28,292 nucleotides of DNA, taken from a virus. Location of the stretch: positions 1 to 28,292 of the IMG/VR virus record IMGVR_UViG_3300038321_000117. The stretch is one strand, 5' to 3'. The position numbers and the translations under genes were made by a program. Below, in pieces: positions 8,901 through 16,061 of this stretch (within the stretch, counting starts at the first letter, position 1; the number at the start of each line of letters is the position of its first letter). Under the pieces are notes generated by a model, which saw nothing but the letters and a program-made list of their open reading frames with translations, was not told the DNA's origin and did no database searches.

Positions 8901-9421
8901 TTTATTTCTGTATCAGCAAATGGTGGACAATCAATAAGACTACCAATTTTTTTGATACCTTTTGATGTCTGAATTAAAGTATCATGTGCAACACAACCAC
9001 CGCTTTTGCACGTTTCAACACCCTGATTGAACATTTCCATGAATGAAACTACACCAGATGAAGTTCCACCAGTAGAATGAATATAATCATCCTTTGGTCT
9101 AAGATTGGAGAAATCAATACCAATGCCTGCTCCATACTTCATTGAGATCATTGCATTTGTAAATGTCTTGAGAATATCACGCATATCATCATCTATCCCA
9201 AGACTTATACAAGCACTCATCATTGAGGTGTCTGTTCCCGCATTCATCAAAGCAGGCGAATTAGGCACAAAATCTTTATTCACCATCATATCATAGTAAA
9301 TCTCCCTCTCATCGTCCGTATTTCCTACATAGTCTGCAACCCTTCTACAGACATCTTCCCAGGACGATTCACCTTCACGGAAATAACGAGCAGCAAGAAC
9401 TTCATTAACAATATCACTCAT
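5954..9421 (-). CDS. nrdJ: class II (adenosylcobalamin-dependent) ribonucleotide reductase, intein-containing
   Basis: FVPNSPALMNAG, SAC, GAGIGIDFSNLRP, GEPG, NACSE (thiyl Cys), ESCILGSINL, RRIGIGVMG, IAPTGTISLLAGCSSGIEP, ISKTIN, YRSGSR, TSCPD-like domain and terminal Cys cluster. No ATP cone and no beta-subunit gene nearby. ATG 9421 preferred to TTG 9439. Confidence 0.92.
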   Translation of the reverse strand: MSDIVNEVLAARYFREGESSWEDVCRRVADYVGNTDDEREIYYDMMVNKDFVPNSPALMNAGTDTSMMSACISLGIDDDMRDILKTFTNAMISMKYGAGIGIDFSNLRPKDDYIHSTGGTSSGVVSFMEMFNQGVETCKSGGCVAHDTLIQTSKGIKKIGSLIDCPPFADTEINEMVLSKDGFDTAYLSQDNGESDVIELKTEFGYSVKATDNHMIRVVNQDGKFDWKCISDIKIDDWVVIKKGENIVNEYVKLDKIPKSEYHFNVKTDINLPDYLDEEFAELLGFYIADGCISKKVFAMCINDDDVEIIERFKEMCVKYNLHYTASKKENDNSTNYHIASKYFTDFIRYNKMKKSSSLKACIPKKIFESPKTVVYSYIRGMFNCDGHIAYKSYPSYSTISEQLINELQYLLLSVGIISRKSCITQRENSLGKNPLYTLLITDKNSIELFNKNIGFFVERKKAIHEPYNTSTKIPFIGNLIKEYYCDEQKKNYPKINKEIRRYMRGDRNPSLYRVLDLIERSELVDKSILKEDLLNDDYYFTKVVELNRTKCYTVDIETMSHEYSANGILVHNKRRGAALASLSVSHPDIENFITSKLEEGKLSNMNISVRITDNFMQAVEEDKDWELVFDGKVYRTIKARDLFKKIVYGAHRFGEPGVLFVDEITRKEPYKGTEFKIGQNACSESNLLTCNGGGESCILGSINLSNFYDKQISNVSNITRHATHFLNNVTDKNFYPVEEVEYMTKEFRRIGIGVMGWHDLLIKSNIPYDSPEAVKTAEEYMELINNTSIHESQVMADKLSRVFPRFDECDIDIKRYNCATTIIAPTGTISLLAGCSSGIEPIFSLVHKRYTWADGEKVGYLQVHPIFEEKLDEYLESRYSAYDWDRMKKSVLEHAYAKGTIQDIAWLPKDFRELFKTSLDISPKAHIDMQAAFQKYTGNNISKTINLPNNTTEEEVWDIYFYGWKKHLKGMTVYRSGSRDIEVLELKKDSTPTTTLPDGRILPKRPSDLPATNSKRRSGCGKLIISVAEKDGNPYECIISNKGGCTAMNDALGQMISLSMRWNVPTWDIIKTLRNVTCPVAYKKFSEGNCDGKSCSDVIGRVIESLIPDKESEPISIPCKVKVTTEDNICPECGEHLSMVEGCKTCACGYSRCG
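7703..8995 (-). mobile_element. 431-aa intein with LAGLIDADG homing endonuclease
   Basis: Starts CVAHDTLI after ...KSGG; block B TDNH; LLGFYIADGCI and YIRGMFNCDGHI endonuclease motifs; ends YSANGILVHN. Visibly more AT-rich than the exteins. The residue after the terminal Asn is Lys. Confidence 0.93.
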
Positions 9422-9422
9422 A

Positions 9423-9656
9423 TTACTCAACCTTCTCAAGTTTCATTACCACTTTCTCATACTCATAATATTTACCCGTCTTTTCAATAATCTTAGTCTG
9501 TACATTCTTGATTACGGGTTCATCCATTGCCATTGCAAGAATCTGTCCTGTTTCATCTCGAATTACAAATGTTACATTACCATTCAGAAAATGGGAGAAT
9601 GTTGCCTTAACATACTGTTCATTCTGATTCTGACTTTGTTTCTGTGTTTTAACCAT
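9423..9656 (-). CDS. hypothetical protein
   Basis: Fills the gap between thyA and nrdJ; ATG 9656 follows SD AGGAG. Confidence 0.55.
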   Translation of the reverse strand: MVKTQKQSQNQNEQYVKATFSHFLNGNVTFVIRDETGQILAMAMDEPVIKNVQTKIIEKTGKYYEYEKVVMKLEKVE

Positions 9657-9657
9657 T

Positions 9658-10323
9658 TTAATCAACTCCTACAAATCTTTCAATATCATTTTTATCTCGT
9701 GTTATATAAATGTGTGGAATTAGACTTACGTGTTGGTATCGTCCTACGGGTAATCCAAGCGAATCTGCAATGTATTTTTGCAAATGAACAAGTCCAAACG
9801 CATTTTGACCGAAGGCAGCGCACATATCGTTGCTACGGAAGGTTACATTCATGCACAACTTTCCATCTATGATTACACATTGCACATGATTTAAACAGGG
9901 ACAATTCTCCATATCAAAGTGTAGAGGTGGATTCCACAGAGACATAACCGCTTGACGGGAAGTAGGATGATCTCTAAGTTCATTGATTACGTAGGCAACC
10001 TGATTGAAATGGCTATAAACAAAATCATAACAATCCTCATCGCCATACATATAATTAAACATCAAATCATGATAAGTATAATCAAAATCTGCCTTAGTTC
10101 CATGTAGAATCTGTTTTGCATACTGTTCTGCAAATAGTTTACCAAAAGGTGCTCGTTCACTAATCATTGGTTCCGTGAGTGGATTATCAATTACAATGCA
10201 AGAACCATCAATTTCAAGTGTCTTTTCCCCTTTCGTTGTAATACGCTCGTAACCTTTATTGTATATTTCCTTTACAATAAGTTCATGTGCGCGTCCAATG
10301 CAATACGTATGAATCAGTTTCAT
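9658..10323 (-). CDS. thyA: thymidylate synthase, archaeal-type
   Basis: TSRQAVMSLWNP, PCL catalytic Cys, FRSNDM, AFGQN (dUMP-specifying Asn position), HIY. Confidence 0.8.
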   Translation of the reverse strand: MKLIHTYCIGRAHELIVKEIYNKGYERITTKGEKTLEIDGSCIVIDNPLTEPMISERAPFGKLFAEQYAKQILHGTKADFDYTYHDLMFNYMYGDEDCYDFVYSHFNQVAYVINELRDHPTSRQAVMSLWNPPLHFDMENCPCLNHVQCVIIDGKLCMNVTFRSNDMCAAFGQNAFGLVHLQKYIADSLGLPVGRYQHVSLIPHIYITRDKNDIERFVGVD

Positions 10324-10325
10324 TT

Positions 10326-11198
10326 TTACACCAACATCTGTTTCAAGTAAAAGTCAATCTCACTCTGCATATAATCAAACGATATATTGTTGTTTAATCT
10401 ACACGTAAACAATTCACTGTCTCTGTGTATCGTAAACATACCCTTATCTCTCTCTACGCGCTCTTTTCCTACACGTTTAATTCTGGTAGACAAATCAGCG
10501 TAGACACGAATGCACTTGATGTCATACACTTCACCAAAATTTTGCATGAGGTAAATCAATCCACGCTCATCAATTACATATGTGTTATAATCCAGCACAT
10601 CCTTCTTCAAGCAACAGTAACGATACCCACCAAATTCAGTGTAAGCAATCATATCATCGCGTGAGAAGGTATCAAACTCTTCTTTGGTTACAAAAGTATG
10701 TCCTGTCTCACCTGGATAACGTATAGGACGATCCGTGTAGGACTCCATCATCTTGATACCATGCTCACGCTCAATATACTCTGCAATGGTTGTCTTACCA
10801 CTTCCTGACTCGCCCACAATACAAATAATAGTAGGATTACGGTTTGCCTTACGCATTACATGGTAGCGAATATCATTCCAACAAATAACCCTGTGTGAGT
10901 ATTCCTTATCATCAATGTAGACATCTGCACCAATCTTTCTACAATCATTACCATATTCCTCAATACGGTAACAAAGGTTCTCATTGACAGCATTGAACTT
11001 GATTTCATTAACAATGAGAAATTCAACCATTTCACGTTCTTCTTTACCCTGACGACATGAATTGATGATAATATCATGTCCCTCATCATATAGTTCATTG
11101 ATTACCTCTTTTGCATTACGCTTCAGATAACCAATGTCAGGATACTTGTTTGTTACAATAGTTCCGTCGAAATCTATTGCAATGACTAATTTCTTCAT
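10326..11198 (-). CDS. HAD-family phosphatase fused to guanylate-kinase-like P-loop nucleotide kinase
   Basis: N-half IAIDFDGT, INSCR, KIGADVYIDDK. C-half IVGESGSGKTT, SYTDRPIR, HTFVTKEEF, YTEFGGYRY. Start ATG 11198 after SD GGTGA (TAATG overlap). Confidence 0.8.
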   Translation of the reverse strand: MKKLVIAIDFDGTIVTNKYPDIGYLKRNAKEVINELYDEGHDIIINSCRQGKEEREMVEFLIVNEIKFNAVNENLCYRIEEYGNDCRKIGADVYIDDKEYSHRVICWNDIRYHVMRKANRNPTIICIVGESGSGKTTIAEYIEREHGIKMMESYTDRPIRYPGETGHTFVTKEEFDTFSRDDMIAYTEFGGYRYCCLKKDVLDYNTYVIDERGLIYLMQNFGEVYDIKCIRVYADLSTRIKRVGKERVERDKGMFTIHRDSELFTCRLNNNISFDYMQSEIDFYLKQMLV

Positions 11199-11626
11199 TA
11201 ATTCACCACACATACAATAATAAATCCAATCATAAAACCAATAAGAATACAAACAATGTAAGAATAATTTTGATCTATTATATTACCAATAGTTCTTTCT
11301 TTGACTTGTTCATCAGTAATCAAAACTTCTTCCTCTTCTTCTTCCATATTCTCCAATTCTTCAATGATCATATCCACATCAATGAATCGTGCTTCTGGTT
11401 GTGGATTTACTTCTGCCATTGATTTAAGTGTAAGGAGAGAACGTGTAACAGCAACAGCAAGTTCTTCATCCTCAAATGATGCAATGAGTAATGTTGATGA
11501 TGATAATCCATTAACATCATACCTTTCTGTCAATTCGTTGTAACGACACTCAAATCCACAGAAATCGGGGAAATTGTAAGGAGTGTAGATTTCATTCTCC
11601 TCATCATAAATATCAAGACAGATCAA
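11198..11626 (-). CDS. acidic protein with C-terminal transmembrane helix
   Basis: Poly-Glu stretch and hydrophobic tail YIVCILIGFMIGFIIVCVV; SD AGGTGA before TTG. Confidence 0.6.
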   Translation of the reverse strand: MICLDIYDEENEIYTPYNFPDFCGFECRYNELTERYDVNGLSSSTLLIASFEDEELAVAVTRSLLTLKSMAEVNPQPEARFIDVDMIIEELENMEEEEEEVLITDEQVKERTIGNIIDQNYSYIVCILIGFMIGFIIVCVVN

Positions 11627-11723
11627 AACTTCACCTGCATAATTAGTTTTCAGTTTGATTATTTATGTCTTATGTTTTGAACAGAAAAAAGAATAGTTAC
11701 TTTACACGATAACAATGTGCCTC

Positions 11724-11860
11724 TACAATCAAAAAATCATACCGGAATCATATCGTTTTCGTATGTTTCCAGACCCTATCTTTCTTTGGACGGGTATTTA
11801 TACCTTTGAAAAAGATAGGTGTCAGAAATGCATGTTTTACTCAAAGAATTGAAGAGATTT
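11724..11860 (-). repeat. copy 2 of the ~140-bp conserved non-coding element
   Basis: See copy 1. On the - strand: TATAAATA (11795-11802), imperfect hairpin GGAAACATACG..CGATATGATTCC, then a T6 tract. Confidence 0.85.
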
Positions 11861-11869
11861 TATATTCCT

Positions 11870-14194
11870 CTACCAGAAACGTTCTATTCCGTCTAATTCG
11901 TGTATATTCCATCCCATACTCAAGAATATATAATTAAACTTCTCACGTATCAACTTCTCTTCCATGCGCGCATAATCAATAGTGAATCCTTCAGGTATTG
12001 GTTGTTCATCGGTGAATGATATTGCATGTGTCTTAGGCAGTCCTGGTGGAACATCTTTAACATAGATATATTTCATCTTCTCCATTTTGATGTTCCCGTT
12101 GCAATATTTGTTGTAATAGATTGCACCGTGGATATGAATAGGCATGTTTGAAGTGTATTCGTGAAATTCCTTCGATACACCCTTTGGAATACCTATTTCG
12201 TAAGGAGAATAATCACCTGCAATGATCTTGTCCCTTACTTCTTTCACCAATGGAAATATCTCTTCCTTACCCTTTCCGGTAAGAATCATCCGAAACACAT
12301 TACTCTGCAACTCTCTGATTACAGTAGGTGTATCACTACGCTTTGCTTCAAATCCTTTGATCTCAAGTTTGGGATGGTCGGTTATATCAGCACCATCCTT
12401 ATAGACAATTAGACCGGCATAACGCTTCTTTACCGCATTGTCATATTCATCGCCTACAAAGAATACATTACTGTAAATCTTTTCAAATTCAATGAACATT
12501 TTGTTATAGGTTGAATCACCAAATTCCGATTCACAAAAGTAATCAAGTGAGTTATTAATGTAATCGATTATTTCAATGCCCTCATCAATTACGTCCTTAG
12601 CATCCTCCTTTTTCAATTTAAACAGAATAGCGTCGGTGTCCCCGCCCACAATCTCATGTTCTCTTTCCTTTACCTTTTCCTGCATCCACAGATTAGTTCT
12701 CCTACCAAAGTAAGTAATAGACTTACCAATATCTCGCGTAAACAACCTGAAATGTGGTGCAAGCATCACTCCATACACTGAATTGAGTAGGAACTTACAA
12801 ACAGTCTGAATAGTATCCCACATCTCGTAATCATGAGAACCAAGTTCAAATGTGTCACGCTTCTTTTTAAACTCCTGTCGCAAGTTCCATAGATCCTCAA
12901 CAACACGCGGAATGAAACCGCGCTTGTCTAAACTAAAGTAAACATCATCAACGGTAACATAGTTGTTACATTTTGTTACATCGGTAACAATCGTTTCCGG
13001 TGACATGTTGCACGTAAGAATCGCTGTAGGATACAAAGAGCGCACATCACCTACTGCTACATTCTGATGGACTCCTACGGTTGGTGTAATGACAATAGCA
13101 CCTGTAATCTTTGTGTAATCCTTCTGCTTACGGGTAGTAGGTAGGACAATGCCATACTCCTTAGCCTTGAGTAAAAAGAAACAATCAAGCACCTTACTAT
13201 TGTAGAATACATCATACCAACTGCAAAAAGTAAAGCGACGAATAGTATCAAAGTATTTGACAATGCCCTTTGACTCTTCGATCTTCACCATGAGGTAGAC
13301 ATCTTTGATATTATACTCGATGAACTTGTCAAGATTATTGCGCCAAAAGTCCTCAAACTTCTCTTGATGTTCAATTTTACCTGCACCCAATTCATAACGT
13401 GATATATAATCCAGGGAGTATGATTCCATTTCTTGTGTAGACAGTTTCTTGTAGCACACCATTAAGTCTAACCAAATCCTACAGCGCGGTTTGTCTACAA
13501 TGTCACCATACCCTTTTCCCATCTGTTTAATGGGAGACAACAAACGTGGATTAATTTTCAACGCTTTCATGCGGTTAAATAGGTAAGGATAATCAAATCT
13601 ATCACCATTCCATGCAAGGAAGAGATCAAAATCAAGTTGTTGCACCAATGCAAGAAATTTATTAAGCATTTCCTTTTCAGTAGCAAACATAAATACACGC
13701 GCTTCAACTTCATTTCCATCAAAATGAATCTTACGAGTGTATTTGTCCTTACTGACTACTCCATCAGGTGCAACCGTAAAGCAATAGTAGAGATTACGGA
13801 AATTGTCATAGGCAGCAATGGAAGTAATCATAGTGTCTGCCTTCGTGATATTGGGTATTCCATCCGTCTCAATATCAAAAAAACATACCCTAATCACCTC
13901 ACTTTCAATACCTTTCTGGTAGTAATTATCAATCAGGTATCTAATAGTAGGGGGCACATCACCTTCATACGTTATTTCATGCAGTTTTCTCGATGATTTG
14001 AAGTCCTTTTGATTAACGCATGTAATTCGTTCTAAAGTCTCTCCAAACAGAGAATAGTAGGTTTCTCCTACAATATTCTGCCGTGGAATGTAAAAATGGG
14101 GTTGAAAGCGATTGATACGTTGCTCATAACGCTCACCGTGTTCATCTCGACCACGAATGATAATAGAATCCCCTATCGATTCGGTTATAATCAT
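11870..14194 (-). CDS. polB: family B DNA polymerase with 3'-5' exonuclease
   Basis: FFDIET, WNGDRFDYPYL and YNIKDV exo motifs; DVRSLYPT, KFLLNSVYG, GGDTDA, KKRYAG, KGFEAKRSD polymerase motifs. Confidence 0.95.
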   Translation of the reverse strand: MIITESIGDSIIIRGRDEHGERYEQRINRFQPHFYIPRQNIVGETYYSLFGETLERITCVNQKDFKSSRKLHEITYEGDVPPTIRYLIDNYYQKGIESEVIRVCFFDIETDGIPNITKADTMITSIAAYDNFRNLYYCFTVAPDGVVSKDKYTRKIHFDGNEVEARVFMFATEKEMLNKFLALVQQLDFDLFLAWNGDRFDYPYLFNRMKALKINPRLLSPIKQMGKGYGDIVDKPRCRIWLDLMVCYKKLSTQEMESYSLDYISRYELGAGKIEHQEKFEDFWRNNLDKFIEYNIKDVYLMVKIEESKGIVKYFDTIRRFTFCSWYDVFYNSKVLDCFFLLKAKEYGIVLPTTRKQKDYTKITGAIVITPTVGVHQNVAVGDVRSLYPTAILTCNMSPETIVTDVTKCNNYVTVDDVYFSLDKRGFIPRVVEDLWNLRQEFKKKRDTFELGSHDYEMWDTIQTVCKFLLNSVYGVMLAPHFRLFTRDIGKSITYFGRRTNLWMQEKVKEREHEIVGGDTDAILFKLKKEDAKDVIDEGIEIIDYINNSLDYFCESEFGDSTYNKMFIEFEKIYSNVFFVGDEYDNAVKKRYAGLIVYKDGADITDHPKLEIKGFEAKRSDTPTVIRELQSNVFRMILTGKGKEEIFPLVKEVRDKIIAGDYSPYEIGIPKGVSKEFHEYTSNMPIHIHGAIYYNKYCNGNIKMEKMKYIYVKDVPPGLPKTHAISFTDEQPIPEGFTIDYARMEEKLIREKFNYIFLSMGWNIHELDGIERFW

Positions 14195-14218
14195 GTGTAA
14201 TGATTATAGTTTGTATGG

Positions 14219-14225
14219 TTATAAA
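14219..14225 (-). promoter_or_regulatory. archaeal TATA box, probable leaderless polB promoter
   Basis: TTTATAA 25 nt upstream of ATG 14194 with no SD in between; preceded by a T7 terminator tract (14238-14244). Confidence 0.5.
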
Positions 14226-14247
14226 CTTACTGAAATGAAAAAAAGAG

Positions 14248-14754
14248 TTAAAAGAAGTAATCAAGTGAATTGCATTGATGTGACTTCTTCGATTGTTCAA
14301 TGCGTGTTTTATCAGGCATTACGAGTGCAACCTTCTGTTTCTTAAACATTTGTTCATCTGCTTGCATTTCTGCAAGGAATGTTTTCATGTTATCTTTGTC
14401 ACTGATATGCATCTTAATAAGAGGTGAATACTCATCAAACTCTTTCTTACTCATATCAAGCGCACTTGATGTTTTCTCGTAATAATCATCAAGTAGTGTA
14501 TCCAACTTGTCCTTCTTCACCTTATCCTTACGAATCCAGGTAGGCATATGATTCAATTGTTGAACGTGTAGGAGAAGTAATCCACGGAAGATAGATGGAT
14601 TGATCTTGAATAAATATTGATTAAGTTTATCCGCTTCCTCCAAATACATTACATCCTGTGAAAAGATACGGAGAAGCATGTATTCCTTCCCTATAAGATA
14701 TGCAGGATATATTTTCTCCTTACTGATGATACGCTTCATTAAATTGAACGGCAT
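14248..14754 (-). CDS. putative clamp-loader accessory subunit (T4 gp62-like)
   Basis: YMLLRIFS..ADKLNQY..WIRKDK..DYY pattern recalls gp62-like subunits; C-terminal PIP-like QCNSLDYFF; lies in the replication cluster. Confidence 0.45.
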   Translation of the reverse strand: MPFNLMKRIISKEKIYPAYLIGKEYMLLRIFSQDVMYLEEADKLNQYLFKINPSIFRGLLLLHVQQLNHMPTWIRKDKVKKDKLDTLLDDYYEKTSSALDMSKKEFDEYSPLIKMHISDKDNMKTFLAEMQADEQMFKKQKVALVMPDKTRIEQSKKSHQCNSLDYFF

Positions 14755-14759
14755 TTAAA

Positions 14760-15773
14760 TCACCACCATTTTACTTCTTTTTCAACGGCTATACCATTAT
14801 ACAATTTTATGTTTGTTTCAATACGATTTACATTTTTTGTTCTCTTTTGCATAAACTCTTCAAATGTCATTTTCTTAAACAAATGAGGTTGATTACACCA
14901 TGCACACAGATCATTATAAAATCCTTTATAATCAGAGTCCCAACATGATCTATTTCGCATTAAGTAAGGCAACACCTTATTTTCTCTACACCATTCAACT
15001 CTGTAAACCACATCATTTTTAATATCCATTGAAGGGTAACAGTAGATGTAGAACTTGATTCTCCAATCACTTGTAATATACTTCTTTACAATCGCCAATT
15101 TTTTCTCAATTATACTCTTATTTTTAACATCATCAAAGGCAAAAATATATTCACCAATGTAATTCAGTTTACTTAATAATAATGCATTGTGATCATTGAT
15201 TAAACGAATGTCTAAACCCTGATTAAATTGACACTTGATTTTCTTATCGATAAGTTCTTGTAAAATACTCTCATGATCCTTGTAGGCAAGTATGTTATTG
15301 TCGAGGAATTTAACTTGTTTATGTTGAATAATATCATCAACATTTCTATATCTGTAAATTCTGCCTTCAGATTTCGGAACAATGCAAAAATCACAATTCC
15401 TTATGCAACCTCTTGTAATGAATCCATATGAGTATTTACTATCAGGATAAATTAAATAATCTTCCTTTTGACAATCAATTTCTTCAGGGAGTTTAATAGT
15501 GTAATCATAACCAACACCACCGTAAACTACATCATCACAATTCTCTACCTTTACAATGTTCTTGTTATTACTAAAAATAACCGAAACAAATACTTTTTCG
15601 TAATCAGAAGCATCAATGATATTTTTCTCATTATGCCTACTAAAATAGGAACGATTTAACTTCTTAAAATCAATATGATACCCTCTAGTATTAAAATAGG
15701 AATATAATTTCATCAACGCTAAATTGGGTATCTGACTATCTACATCAATAAGTAAAATGGATTTCTTACTCAT
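14760..15773 (-). CDS. radical SAM protein
   Basis: ITRGCIRNCDFCIV (CxxxCxxC), N-terminal LIDVDSQIPNLALMKL, FLDNNIL, FNQGLDIRL, FAFD, WCN. Confidence 0.85.
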   Translation of the reverse strand: MSKKSILLIDVDSQIPNLALMKLYSYFNTRGYHIDFKKLNRSYFSRHNEKNIIDASDYEKVFVSVIFSNNKNIVKVENCDDVVYGGVGYDYTIKLPEEIDCQKEDYLIYPDSKYSYGFITRGCIRNCDFCIVPKSEGRIYRYRNVDDIIQHKQVKFLDNNILAYKDHESILQELIDKKIKCQFNQGLDIRLINDHNALLLSKLNYIGEYIFAFDDVKNKSIIEKKLAIVKKYITSDWRIKFYIYCYPSMDIKNDVVYRVEWCRENKVLPYLMRNRSCWDSDYKGFYNDLCAWCNQPHLFKKMTFEEFMQKRTKNVNRIETNIKLYNGIAVEKEVKWW

Positions 15774-16056
15774 AGTCTACACCGCACGTTTTAGTGACAA
15801 ATTCAAGGTTCTCTACCGTTTCAACAATCTCTGTATGATGCTTTAAATCGTAACCATAATTCTCTAGAAATGTTGATGCAGAACGGATGATACGTTGCTC
15901 ACGTTCTGTTTCATTGTAATCAAAGACTGCAATGAGTTTACCATTCTCATCTTTGTAGACACCATTGAAATTGTCATTGAGGAGTAAGCGTAAGGTAGAG
16001 AAACATGCATCGAGAGGGAACTTGTGAAAGTCAGAGTAATTAAAAAGAAGTTTCAT
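15766..16056 (-). CDS. hypothetical protein
   Basis: 96 aa, in operon context. Confidence 0.55.
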   Translation of the reverse strand: MKLLFNYSDFHKFPLDACFSTLRLLLNDNFNGVYKDENGKLIAVFDYNETEREQRIIRSASTFLENYGYDLKHHTEIVETVENLEFVTKTCGVDYE

Positions 16057-16061
16057 TCTTA

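Noticed and set aside
9658-10323. ThyA-like gene as a dCMP hydroxymethylase
   Set aside because: The specificity position is Asn (AFGQN), not Asp, and the motifs fit archaeal ThyA. A dUMP hydroxymethylase cannot be excluded by eye.
11340-11355. Short TCT/TCC repeat run
   Set aside because: Simply encodes the poly-Glu stretch of the 11198-11626 protein.
14760-14790. C-terminal KWW of the radical SAM protein (and VTW of the clamp) as PIP boxes
   Set aside because: The Trp codons plus TGA form the GGTGA SD of the next gene, which explains them.
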